Assembly (NCBI GenBank): GCA_030146365.1
Contig: JASLBU010000187.1
Coordinates: forward strand, 49 to 64,048
DNA from: Candidatus Limnocylindria bacterium
GTDB taxonomy: Bacteria; Chloroflexota; Limnocylindria; QHBO01
Length of the DNA stretch: 64,000 bases
Direction of reading: 5' to 3'
Below the pieces are notes generated by a model, which was not told the DNA's origin, searched no databases, and saw nothing but the letters and a program-made list of their open reading frames with translations. Numbering within the stretch: the stretch's first letter is position 1; the number at the start of each line of letters is the position of its first letter. The translations under genes were made by a program, and so were the position numbers. Shown one piece after another: positions 55,990 to 64,000 of this stretch.

Positions 55990-56400
55990 ATGGATTTCCT
56001 CCGTGATTTCGGCGACTGGCTGACCACCGGCTGGGGTGACCGCCTCGGCGTGCTGTTTCCGCTCGGCGTGGCAGGGCTTTTGGGCCTCTACCTGCTGTGG
56101 CTCGTCATCGGGTACCTGCGCGTGAGCCAGGTGGGGATCCGTGAGCAGCATCCGCCCATGCGAGCGGTGGCGCTCCCGGGTTCGGCCGAGGGTCAGGCCC
56201 TCCCGCAGGCTCCCCGCGGGGTCCCCTACTGCGCCTTCGACGGGCTGCAGTATCCGATGGGAGCCCGGTTCTGCGCCCAGTGCGAGCGGGACCTGACGTT
56301 GGACTGCATAAGCTGCGGCGCAACCCTGGCGGCCGGGGACGCGTCCTGCTACCGATGCGGCACCCCGACCGGCGCCGCGGCCAACGCACTCCCGGGCTGA
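55990..56400 (+). CDS. Membrane protein with a C-terminal double zinc-ribbon
   Basis: One TM segment followed by four CxxC pairs (CAFDG, CAQCE, CISCG, CYRCG). Confidence 0.5.
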   Translation: MDFLRDFGDWLTTGWGDRLGVLFPLGVAGLLGLYLLWLVIGYLRVSQVGIREQHPPMRAVALPGSAEGQALPQAPRGVPYCAFDGLQYPMGARFCAQCERDLTLDCISCGATLAAGDASCYRCGTPTGAAANALPG

Positions 56401-56440
56401 CCGGCCCATTTCCCGGCCGGCCCACCGCCCGGCTGGATCG

Positions 56441-57313
56441 ATGCTCAGCCTGATCGGCACCCTGCTCCTGGCGGCCCTGATCGTGCTCGTGCTGACGGGC
56501 GCCCTGGGGATCGGCGCCATGCTCGTCGGCGGGTCCGTCACGGCACGCGCGATGGCCGGTCCCGGAGCCGTTGTCGGCCCGCCGCAACAGCCGCCGATCG
56601 CTCCGCTCCTCGTGTCCGGTGTCGGCCTGGCGGTCGTGCTGCTCTCCGCCTCGGTCGTCCTGCGCACCGTGCTCGTGGGACACGCCCCCTGGTCGAACCT
56701 CCACGAGTTCAGCATCGCGTTCGCCGCCGCACTCGGCGGCACGTACCTCGTCCTCCTGCGATCGGCCCCCATCGCCGGGCTGGCCCCGATCGTCGCGCTG
56801 GTGGCCGCGGGACTGGTCGCCCTCGCGCTGAACCTCGAGTCGCGGGTGGATGCGCTGGTGCCGGCGCTGCAGCAGCCGCTGCTGCTCACGATCCACGTCG
56901 GCTCAGCTGCCCTGGCCTACTCCGTGGCCGGCGTGGCATTCACGTCGGCCGCCGCCGAGATCGTCCAGCGGGCCACCGGTGACGGAGTCGCGCTGCTCCC
57001 GTCGTCCGCGGTGGCGCGCGCGGTGAGCCATCGGGCCACGCTCCTCGCCTTTCCCATCCTGACCCTCGCCATCGTCCTCGGATCGGTCTGGGCCAATCTG
57101 GCCTGGCGGTCCTACTGGAGCAACGACCCCAAGGAGCTTGCGGCCGCCGCCACCTGGCTCGTCTTCGGGGCGTACCTCCACGTCGCCGGCCGGCGCGACC
57201 GCTGGGAGCGCCTCGCGCCGTGGCTCATCGTCCTGGGCTTCGTTGGCGTGCTGTTCACCTACATCGGAGCGGGGCTGTTCATCGTGGGCGAGCACAGTTA
57301 CGGCGTCCCCTGA
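56441..57313 (+). CDS. ccsA: Cytochrome c assembly protein (CcsA/ResC family)
   Basis: Polytopic with a Trp-rich heme-handling motif (WANLAWRSYWSNDPKE). Confidence 0.75.
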   Translation: MLSLIGTLLLAALIVLVLTGALGIGAMLVGGSVTARAMAGPGAVVGPPQQPPIAPLLVSGVGLAVVLLSASVVLRTVLVGHAPWSNLHEFSIAFAAALGGTYLVLLRSAPIAGLAPIVALVAAGLVALALNLESRVDALVPALQQPLLLTIHVGSAALAYSVAGVAFTSAAAEIVQRATGDGVALLPSSAVARAVSHRATLLAFPILTLAIVLGSVWANLAWRSYWSNDPKELAAAATWLVFGAYLHVAGRRDRWERLAPWLIVLGFVGVLFTYIGAGLFIVGEHSYGVP

Positions 57314-57327
57314 GCTACCGTGGCGCC

Positions 57328-57738
57328 ATGGAGACCCGCTCGCTGACCGTCGACACCGGCCGATCACCCGGCCTCGTCGACCTGACTGGCGACTGCGCCG
57401 GCTTCCTGGCCGACGTCGGAGCGGCCGACGGGCTGCTCAGCGTCTTCGTGCCGCACGCGACGGCCGGCGTGGTCATCGTCGAGCTCGGCGCCGGCTCGGA
57501 CCAGGACCTCCTCGACGCGCTGGATCGGCTCCTGCCGCGGGACGACCGGTGGCGCCACCGCCATGGGTCGCCGGGCCACGGCGCGGATCACGTGCTGCCG
57601 CTGCTGGTCGCCCCCTCGTTGACGATCCCGGTCATCGACGGCCGCATGGGCCTCGGCACCTGGCAGTCGATCGCCCTGCTCGACCCGAACCGGGACAACC
57701 CGCGGCGGACGGTCAGCCTGTCGTTTCTCCCCGGCTGA
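57328..57738 (+). CDS. YjbQ/UPF0047-family protein
   Basis: About 136 aa with the characteristic blocks [17 protein letters not shown] and [14 protein letters not shown]. Start re-anchored at ATG 57328. Confidence 0.7.
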   Translation: METRSLTVDTGRSPGLVDLTGDCAGFLADVGAADGLLSVFVPHATAGVVIVELGAGSDQDLLDALDRLLPRDDRWRHRHGSPGHGADHVLPLLVAPSLTIPVIDGRMGLGTWQSIALLDPNRDNPRRTVSLSFLPG

Positions 57739-59785
57739 CGCCCGTTGCCGGCTCGGCGAGCGTGGCCACCTCGGTCATGAGCGCGGCGGGGTCGTCGGTC
57801 GGGGCATCGCAGCGGTATCCGCGGCACGCGTACGCCGTCGGCCGACCGTCGCGTGGCCCCTTCCCCGCATGGAGCGGCCAGCCGGCCTGCGGCGCCGACG
57901 GCTGCACGGCAGTGAGCACCAGATCGGGCGCGTACGGCGCAGCGGCAGCTCGGCGAAGCGCGAGCGCCGCGGGGTCGGCAGCGTCGTGGCTGGCCACCAC
58001 CACATCCACCTGCTCTGCCAGCTGCCGATCGGCCGCCGCCAGCATCCGGCCGAACGCGCTGGGCTGACGATCGAGCGCGCTGGCGACGGCACGGAGGATC
58101 GAGGCGCCCCGGCGAGCGTAGTCCTCCTCACCCGTGAGCAGCGCGAGGCGCAGCAGGACATCGGCGCCCAGGCTGTTCGAGGAGGGCGTGGCGTTGTCCA
58201 CCAGCCCGCGCGGCACGGCGACCGACCTCCCGTGCTCCGCGGAGGTGTCGACGAACGTGCCTGCGGCGGCATCCCAGAAGCGCTCGAGTGCCCGATCGAC
58301 GAGCCGTCGAGCGGTCATCAGGGGACCCGGCGTGCCGAGCGCACCGTGCGCGACGAGGAGACCGTCAGCAACCGCCAGGTGGTCCTCGGCGAAGCCGGGT
58401 GTGTGGGAGCGCCCGGCCCGGGTCGTCCGCCAGATGCCCTCCCCGTCCCGGACGAGGTGGTTGTCGAAGAATCCGACCAGGTCGCGCGTCGCGTCGAGGT
58501 ACGCGTCGTCTCCCAGAACGAGCGCCGCGTGCGCGAGGGCCCGGAGTGCCAAGCCGTTCCACGCCGCCAGCTGCTTGTCGTCCCTCGCCGGGCGAACGCG
58601 CGCTGCGCGGGCCGTGAGCAGCGCGTGCCGGGCTCGCCGCTCCAGGTCCGGGTCGATGGAAGGGCCGGCGCGGTGGAGGACGTTGCTCCCCTCCCAGTTG
58701 CCGCCCGGTGAGACACCCCAGAAGCCGGCCACCCGCTCGCGCTCGCCGGCGTCCAGGCCGGCGTCGCTCAGGACGGCGTCGAACTCGCCGAAGGGCCAGG
58801 CGTAGAAGAGGCCCTCCACGCCCTCCGAGTCGGCGTCCAACGCGGAGGCGAACCCGCCGTCCTCCGTCCGCAGCTCGGCCAGCATGAAGTCGAGCGTCGA
58901 GCGTGCCACCTGCGCATATCGCTCGTCGGCAGTCGCCCGGTAGCCCTCCAGGTACGCATGGGCAAGCAGCGCGTTGTCGTACAGCATCTTCTCGAAGTGC
59001 GGCACGAGCCAGTGGGCATCCGTGCTGTAGCGGGCGAAACCGCCGCCGATCTGGTCGTGGATCCCGCCGTCCGCCATCGCGTCCAGCGTCGTCGTGACCA
59101 TGCGGAGGGTTGCCGGGTCACCCGAACGGCGCCACGAACGCAGGAGGAACTCCAGCGTCATCGGCGCAGGGAACTTCGGCGCGCCGCCGAACCCACCGTG
59201 GACCGCGTCGAACGACGCGCCGATCCGCGCCGCCGCCGTCTCGAGCTGCCGACGCTGCGGGTCACGGTCGCCGGCCGGAACCGCCAGCTGGGCCTCGAGG
59301 TGCCCTGCCAGCATCGCGGCCTGCTGGTCCACTTCCGGGCGGCGAGTTCGGTAGGCATCGGCGACGGAGGACAGGACACGCGGGAAGCCGGCCATCCCAT
59401 GGCGATCCTCGGGCGGGAAGTAGGTGCCGCCGAAAAAGGGACGGAGGTCCGGGGTGAGGAAGACGCTCATCGGCCAGCCCCCGGAGCCCGTCATCGCCTG
59501 CACGGAGGCCATGTACACGTCGTCGAGATCGGGCCGCTCTTCGCGATCCACCTTGATGGAGACGAAGTGCTCGTTCATCAGCCGGGCGATCTCGGGGTTC
59601 TCGAAGCTCTCCCGCTCCATGACATGGCACCAATGGCACGCCGCGTAGCCGATGGACAGGAAGATCGGACGGTCCTCGCGGCTGGCACGATCGAGGGCCT
59701 CGGGGCCCCACGGGTACCAGTCGACCGGGTTGTGAGCGTGCTGCAGCAGGTACGGGCTCGTCTCGTCGGCCAGGCGGTTCGGCAT
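57713..59785 (-). CDS. Thioredoxin-domain protein, YyaL/DUF255 family (N-terminal Trx-like domain plus a six-hairpin glycosidase-like domain)
   Basis: N-terminus [22 protein letters not shown], followed by ...[17 protein letters not shown] (the CxxC-like motif of DUF255). Confidence 0.85.
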   Translation of the reverse strand: MPNRLADETSPYLLQHAHNPVDWYPWGPEALDRASREDRPIFLSIGYAACHWCHVMERESFENPEIARLMNEHFVSIKVDREERPDLDDVYMASVQAMTGSGGWPMSVFLTPDLRPFFGGTYFPPEDRHGMAGFPRVLSSVADAYRTRRPEVDQQAAMLAGHLEAQLAVPAGDRDPQRRQLETAAARIGASFDAVHGGFGGAPKFPAPMTLEFLLRSWRRSGDPATLRMVTTTLDAMADGGIHDQIGGGFARYSTDAHWLVPHFEKMLYDNALLAHAYLEGYRATADERYAQVARSTLDFMLAELRTEDGGFASALDADSEGVEGLFYAWPFGEFDAVLSDAGLDAGERERVAGFWGVSPGGNWEGSNVLHRAGPSIDPDLERRARHALLTARAARVRPARDDKQLAAWNGLALRALAHAALVLGDDAYLDATRDLVGFFDNHLVRDGEGIWRTTRAGRSHTPGFAEDHLAVADGLLVAHGALGTPGPLMTARRLVDRALERFWDAAAGTFVDTSAEHGRSVAVPRGLVDNATPSSNSLGADVLLRLALLTGEEDYARRGASILRAVASALDRQPSAFGRMLAAADRQLAEQVDVVVASHDAADPAALALRRAAAAPYAPDLVLTAVQPSAPQAGWPLHAGKGPRDGRPTAYACRGYRCDAPTDDPAALMTEVATLAEPATGVSRGETTG

Positions 59786-59789
59786 GCCC

Positions 59790-61730
59790 TTACCCTCGCA
59801 CGGAGGATGCCGCGCCTCCCGATGCCACGCCGAACTGTTCGGTCGAGAGCCGGGCGTACAGGCCGCCCTGCCTGAGAAGCTCGGCGTGGGTTCCGCGCTC
59901 GACGATGCGCCCGCCCTGCACCACCAGGATCTGGTCGGCGCGCAGGATCGTCGACAGCCGGTGGGCGATCGCGATCGTCGTGCGTCCCTCCATCAGGCGC
60001 TGGAGCGCGGCCTGGATGAGCCGCTCGCTGACCGTGTCGAGCGCAGACGTCGCCTCGTCGAGGATGAGGATGCGCGGATCCTTCAGCAGCACCCGCGCGA
60101 TCGCGACGCGTTGCTTCTCGCCCCCGGAGAGCTTGTAGCCGCGCTCGCCGACCACCGTGTCGTACGCATCGGGCAGCTCCATGATCCGGTCGTGGATCGC
60201 CGCCGCGCGTGCCGCATCCTCGATCTGCTCCATGGTGGCGTCCGGCCGTGCGTATCGCAGGTTGGTGAGCACGGTGTCGTGGAACAGATACGTCTCCTGT
60301 GTGACGAAGCCGATGACCCGCCCCAGGGACTGGAGTCCGATCCCGCGGACATCGATGCCGTCGATGCTGACCGACCCCGCATCCACGTCGTAGAGCCGGG
60401 GGATGAGATACGTCGACGTCGTCTTGCCGCTGCCGGACGGCCCGACGAGCGCGACCAGCTCCCCGGGCCGCGCCGTGAAGTGGATGTCGGTGAGGGCGAA
60501 GGGCCGGACGGCGGTCGGGACGGCACGGCCGTCGGCCTCGGCGGCGGCGGTCTCGCCGGCCGCCTCCACCTGCGCCGGCGCGACCGGATAGCGGAACGAC
60601 ACGTGGTCGAAGCGGACCTCGCCCCGAATCTGCGCCGGCATGAGCTGCACCGCCTCCGGGGCGTCAGTGATCTCGTGGTCCATCTCGAGGTACTCGAAGA
60701 TCCGGTCGAACAGCGCGAGCGCGCCCTGGATCTCGACCTGCACGTTGAGCAGCTGGCCGAGCGGGAAGAAGAGGCGACTCTGGAGCGTGGTGAAGGCGAC
60801 GATGGTGCCGACCGTCACGTCGGACTCGCCCTCGATGATGAACGTGCCGGCCAGCAGGTAGACGAAGGCCGGCATGATGCTGAAGAACGTGCCGATCAGC
60901 GCGAAGAACCATCGGCCGATCATCTGGCCGCGCACCTGGAGGTCCCCCAGGCGCTGCGACTCGACGCGGAAACGCTCGATGCTCGCCTCCTGCTGCCCGA
61001 ACGTCTTGCTCAGGAGGATGCCCGACACGCTGAGCGACTCCTCGGTGATGGCACTCATCTCGGCCATCGAGCGCTGGGTCAGGGTGCTGACCTGCCGCCG
61101 CACTTTGCCGACCCGGTACGTGATGTAAGCGAAGACCGGCAGCAGGCCGAGGCTGAGGAGCGTGAGCCGCCAGTCCAGGATCCACATCGCGACGACGGTC
61201 GTGGCCACCGTCGCGAAGTTGGAGAGCAGGGAGGCGGCAGTGTCGGTGACGACCGACTGCACGCCGCCCACGTCGTTGCTGATGCGGCTCTGGATCTCGC
61301 CGGTGCGCGTCTCGGTGAAGAAACGCAGCGGCATCCACTGGAGATGCCGGTAGAGCGCCAGCCGAAGGTCGTTCATCACCTGCTGGCCGACGACGTTGGA
61401 CAGGTACGCCTGCCAGACGCCGATGGCGCTCGTCACGATCGGCAGCACGATCATGAGCCCCGCCTGCAGGTACAGGAGGCCGCGGTCCCGCTCCCCGAGC
61501 AGGTTGTCGATGATCAGCTTGAGCAGGATCGGGTTGACGACGCCGATGCTGACGGTCACGAGGATGAGCAGCGCGATCCATGCGAGGCGCAGCCGGTATG
61601 GCCGGAAGAAGCCCGCGATCAGCCCGAGGGTGCGCCGCTCGCTGCCGGGCCGCCTGGTGAGATCCGGCTCCGCCCCGCCGAAGGCCCCGGCCCAGCCGCC
61701 ACCACCCCCGCCCCCACCGCGCCGCCTCAC
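59790..61730 (-). CDS. ABC exporter, fused permease-ATPase (MsbA-like type I) with a Gly-rich N-terminus
   Basis: Six TM helices, Walker [10 protein letters not shown], signature [14 protein letters not shown] and Walker [13 protein letters not shown] are present. ATGA overlap with the upstream PIG-L gene. Confidence 0.85.
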   Translation of the reverse strand: MRRRGGGGGGGGWAGAFGGAEPDLTRRPGSERRTLGLIAGFFRPYRLRLAWIALLILVTVSIGVVNPILLKLIIDNLLGERDRGLLYLQAGLMIVLPIVTSAIGVWQAYLSNVVGQQVMNDLRLALYRHLQWMPLRFFTETRTGEIQSRISNDVGGVQSVVTDTAASLLSNFATVATTVVAMWILDWRLTLLSLGLLPVFAYITYRVGKVRRQVSTLTQRSMAEMSAITEESLSVSGILLSKTFGQQEASIERFRVESQRLGDLQVRGQMIGRWFFALIGTFFSIMPAFVYLLAGTFIIEGESDVTVGTIVAFTTLQSRLFFPLGQLLNVQVEIQGALALFDRIFEYLEMDHEITDAPEAVQLMPAQIRGEVRFDHVSFRYPVAPAQVEAAGETAAAEADGRAVPTAVRPFALTDIHFTARPGELVALVGPSGSGKTTSTYLIPRLYDVDAGSVSIDGIDVRGIGLQSLGRVIGFVTQETYLFHDTVLTNLRYARPDATMEQIEDAARAAAIHDRIMELPDAYDTVVGERGYKLSGGEKQRVAIARVLLKDPRILILDEATSALDTVSERLIQAALQRLMEGRTTIAIAHRLSTILRADQILVVQGGRIVERGTHAELLRQGGLYARLSTEQFGVASGGAASSVRG

Positions 61731-62455
61731 TCGAGGATGATCGAGAGGAACGCCTGTGCCATGCCGATTCCCTGCGGCTCGCCCACGATCCGGGCCCGCT
61801 CCCGCATGCGCTCCTCGACCCTGGGTGGGTCCACCTGGCTCTCGTGCGCGAGGATCGAGCGCAGCCCGAGGTCGAACGTCTCGGCAACGTCGATCCAGAG
61901 GTTCGGCTCCTCGACTCCCATGAGCAGGACCTGCCGCACCTTCCAGGGCTCGAGATGCTCATCGGTCCACAGCTCGGGGAAGTTAAGGTGGTCGCGGGCC
62001 GCGGGGTAGACGGCAGCCAGCGTCGCCTCACCGGTCGCCAGGTGATCGGGATGCCCCACGAACGGGTTGTGGTCGAGCCGCCGCTGCGGGTTCTGCGTGA
62101 TCACGAGGTCCGGCCGGAACCGGCGCAGTTGCCGAACGATGTCTCGCCGGAGGTCCAGGCTCGGCGTGAGGTAGCCGTCCGGGTAGCCGAGGTGGACGAT
62201 CTCGTTCACGCCCAGGATGTCGGCAGCGGCGCGCTGCTCGGCGACCCGCGTGGAGGTCAGCTGCTCGGGCGTGATCTCGAAGTCCTCGGTGCCCTTGCTG
62301 CCATCCGTCGTGACGACGTAGTCGACCCGGACGCCCCGCGACGTCAGGTGCGCAATCGTCGGTCCGGCGCCGAACTCGCCGTCGTCGGGGTGGCTGATCA
62401 CCACCAGCGCACGCTCGAGGGGCGTGATCAGCTCATCGGGCTCGAGGGGGCTCAC
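61727..62455 (-). CDS. PIG-L/LmbE-family deacetylase (second copy)
   Basis: LVVISHPDDGEFG and GHPDHLATG (Zn-binding) are present. Confidence 0.75.
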   Translation of the reverse strand: MSPLEPDELITPLERALVVISHPDDGEFGAGPTIAHLTSRGVRVDYVVTTDGSKGTEDFEITPEQLTSTRVAEQRAAADILGVNEIVHLGYPDGYLTPSLDLRRDIVRQLRRFRPDLVITQNPQRRLDHNPFVGHPDHLATGEATLAAVYPAARDHLNFPELWTDEHLEPWKVRQVLLMGVEEPNLWIDVAETFDLGLRSILAHESQVDPPRVEERMRERARIVGEPQGIGMAQAFLSIILE

Positions 62456-62622
62456 GCACGCATGCTACCGGAGATCCGGCCGCCCCTCGGCTCGGGCTCG
62501 AGGCCCCGCGGCGGTCCGGCGGCTGCCGCTGAAGAGTCGATGGGAGTGCCGCAGGGGGGAACCGCGGCACTCCCGGAGGGCATGGTACGACGGGCTTACC
62601 CGGTCGGCAAGCATGCTCTGGA

Positions 62623-64000
62623 TCACTCGCCGAACATCGTGAGCTGTTCACCGCCCCGCTCGATGAGGGGATCGAGGCCGAGGACCGGCTCCAGCCACTC
62701 CATCCGGGCACCGGGCCGGGCAGCGAGCGTATCGAGGTGCTGCCACTTGAGCACGTGCCAGTTCTGGCGCTCCATCTCGCTCCTCAGCCACGGCGAGCGG
62801 CCGAGCTTGGTGCGCAGCAGCTCCGCCCGTTCAGCCGGGAGGACGAGGAAGCGCGCCTGCTGCTCCCCCGGCGGAATCTGCCGCCCTCGTCCGAGGATCG
62901 TCTCGCCGACCATCGCCGTCCACTCGACCTCGAACAGAAAGGCCAACTTGCCGCGCACGTACCACATCGCGTCGACGGCGCCGAGCGCGTCCGCCGGAGC
63001 ACGGACGACCAGCGGCAGGTACACGCGTCGCTCTTCGTCGGTCAGGCGGTCCGCCAATCTGCGTCCCTCCCACCGCCGGTCATGCTCCCGGGAGGCGACC
63101 CAGCTGCGCAGACCGAGCCGATGGCCGTAGTCGACCAGCGTCGCGATCACACGAGCGTGCTCCTCCGTCCGCCGGCCGAGGTCGTCCTCCGTGCCGATCG
63201 ACCCCCGCTCGCCCCCGGACGCGTACGCGTCGAGGCAGGCGCGGACCAGCTCTTCGTCCGGCGCCTGGAGCCCGGGGAAGAGACGGTAGATGCGGTCGAA
63301 AAAGCCCGCCTCGTCGATCCGCCCCGCGGTCGCCAGGATCGACCAGGTCGCCCACTCGACCCGGTCGGCGAGCGGCCGCTCGGCCAGCTCCGGGGCACGG
63401 AGCCACCAATGCGGACGATCGTCCGCGCCGATGCGCACCAGGGTCGGATGATCGTCGCGCCACAGCTCCTCGCGCACCAGATCGGCCAGCAGGTGCGGTC
63501 CGGCGCCGTCGATGCGGTCCGCCGGCCCATCCTCGCCGGAGCCGCGGGACGCGGCGAGGCGCCGCAGGAGGCCCGTCCGCCCGAGCTCCGCGGCGATGGC
63601 CGCCACCACGCGAGTCAGGCTGGCGGGCTCGCCGCGGTCCCGGAGCAGGGCGCCGACCGACCGGTCGATGGCGGAGGCCAGCTCGGGGTACGTGAGGTGG
63701 CCCGCCTCGGCGCCCAGCCGCAGGGGGCTCGGCCGAACGGCCTGTCGCAGTCGGTCCTCGCCGGACGGCTTGCGAAGGTGAAGGACGATGCCTTCGCCGT
63801 GCTTCTCAGACTCGCGGTGGATGACGTCCACCAGCTCGAGGCCTGCGCCGGCCCCGGCCAGGGCGGACGAGAGCAGCCGCTCGGGCGACCCGGAGTCGAG
63901 CAGCAGCGTGCACCAGCCGCCCGGCTTCAGCGCACCAGCCGCGGATACCAGCCCGTGGCGCAGCGCCGTCATCTCGGCTCCCTCGGGATGGCCGCCGCTG
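62623..64000 (-). CDS. Hypothetical large protein, 5'-partial (continues beyond the window end). The visible N-most part resembles the end of a class I methyltransferase fold.
   Basis: Continuous high-GC3 frame up to the window edge with no upstream stop. Segment LKPGGWCTLLLD resembles a SAM-MTase post-II motif. The rest has no recognisable domain. Confidence 0.45.
   Translation of the reverse strand, partial: SGGHPEGAEMTALRHGLVSAAGALKPGGWCTLLLDSGSPERLLSSALAGAGAGLELVDVIHRESEKHGEGIVLHLRKPSGEDRLRQAVRPSPLRLGAEAGHLTYPELASAIDRSVGALLRDRGEPASLTRVVAAIAAELGRTGLLRRLAASRGSGEDGPADRIDGAGPHLLADLVREELWRDDHPTLVRIGADDRPHWWLRAPELAERPLADRVEWATWSILATAGRIDEAGFFDRIYRLFPGLQAPDEELVRACLDAYASGGERGSIGTEDDLGRRTEEHARVIATLVDYGHRLGLRSWVASREHDRRWEGRRLADRLTDEERRVYLPLVVRAPADALGAVDAMWYVRGKLAFLFEVEWTAMVGETILGRGRQIPPGEQQARFLVLPAERAELLRTKLGRSPWLRSEMERQNWHVLKWQHLDTLAARPGARMEWLEPVLGLDPLIERGGEQLTMFGE

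Noticed and set aside
1-64000. Searched for a CRISPR array, IS elements, transposases, integrases or phage genes
   Set aside because: There are no direct-repeat/spacer arrays, no DDE, HUH or tyrosine-recombinase-like ORFs, no inverted terminal repeats, and no local GC drop. The only tandem repeats are the in-frame 21-bp x3 and GGC/GCC microsatellites.

Overview
This is a 64 kb window of very high-GC (about 70%), densely coded bacterial chromosome. The gene content and codon bias point to an actinobacterial-type organism, though no search was possible so this is inference. I support about 60 CDS and one tRNA (tRNA-His, minus strand). There is no rRNA, CRISPR array, IS element or transposase. 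Many long ORFs in the six-frame track are antisense or out-of-frame artefacts of the GC bias (for example 4942..7512+, 35334..38627+, 8568..10715+, 426..1781 upstream of the real start). Several listed ORFs start well upstream of the real gene start; I re-anchored those starts on internal ATG/GTG codons using conserved N-termini and 4-nt overlaps. Recognisable modules, in order: (1) SsuBC-type ABC importer, partial; (2) a four-gene translationally coupled operon (methyltransferase, geranylgeranyl-reductase-family FAD reductase, SRPBCC polyketide-cyclase-like, beta-ketoacyl-ACP synthase) of unknown product; (3) csoR-copA plus an unlisted YHS-domain ORF; (4) a PAS-GAF histidine kinase flanked by four stand-alone receiver-domain proteins; (5) tRNA-His with a neighbouring operon of a ParB-like nuclease-domain protein, a metallophosphoesterase and a membrane protein; (6) a sugar ABC importer plus an EEP nuclease/phosphatase and a GH38 alpha-mannosidase; (7) ABC-2 and MacB/FtsX exporters in tandem; (8) NUDIX hydrolase and a type IB topoisomerase; (9) glgC, a YbjN-like protein, a large membrane protein and NAPRTase; (10) a class A PBP with a poly-Gly tail, prepilin peptidase, PepA and a PASTA Ser/Thr kinase; (11) a purine-nucleoside salvage block (add, BMP-family ABC importer, nucleoside hydrolase, a second deaminase); (12) Mrp/ApbC, two PIG-L deacetylases, ccsA, yyaL and an MsbA-like exporter. 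The candidates I rate highest for an undescribed system are the coupled biosynthetic operon at 1089-4658, the ParB-like/phosphoesterase/membrane operon beside tRNA-His at 13632-15491, the multi-receiver kinase cluster at 7638-11937, and the PIG-L/ABC-exporter/YyaL block at 57713-62455.
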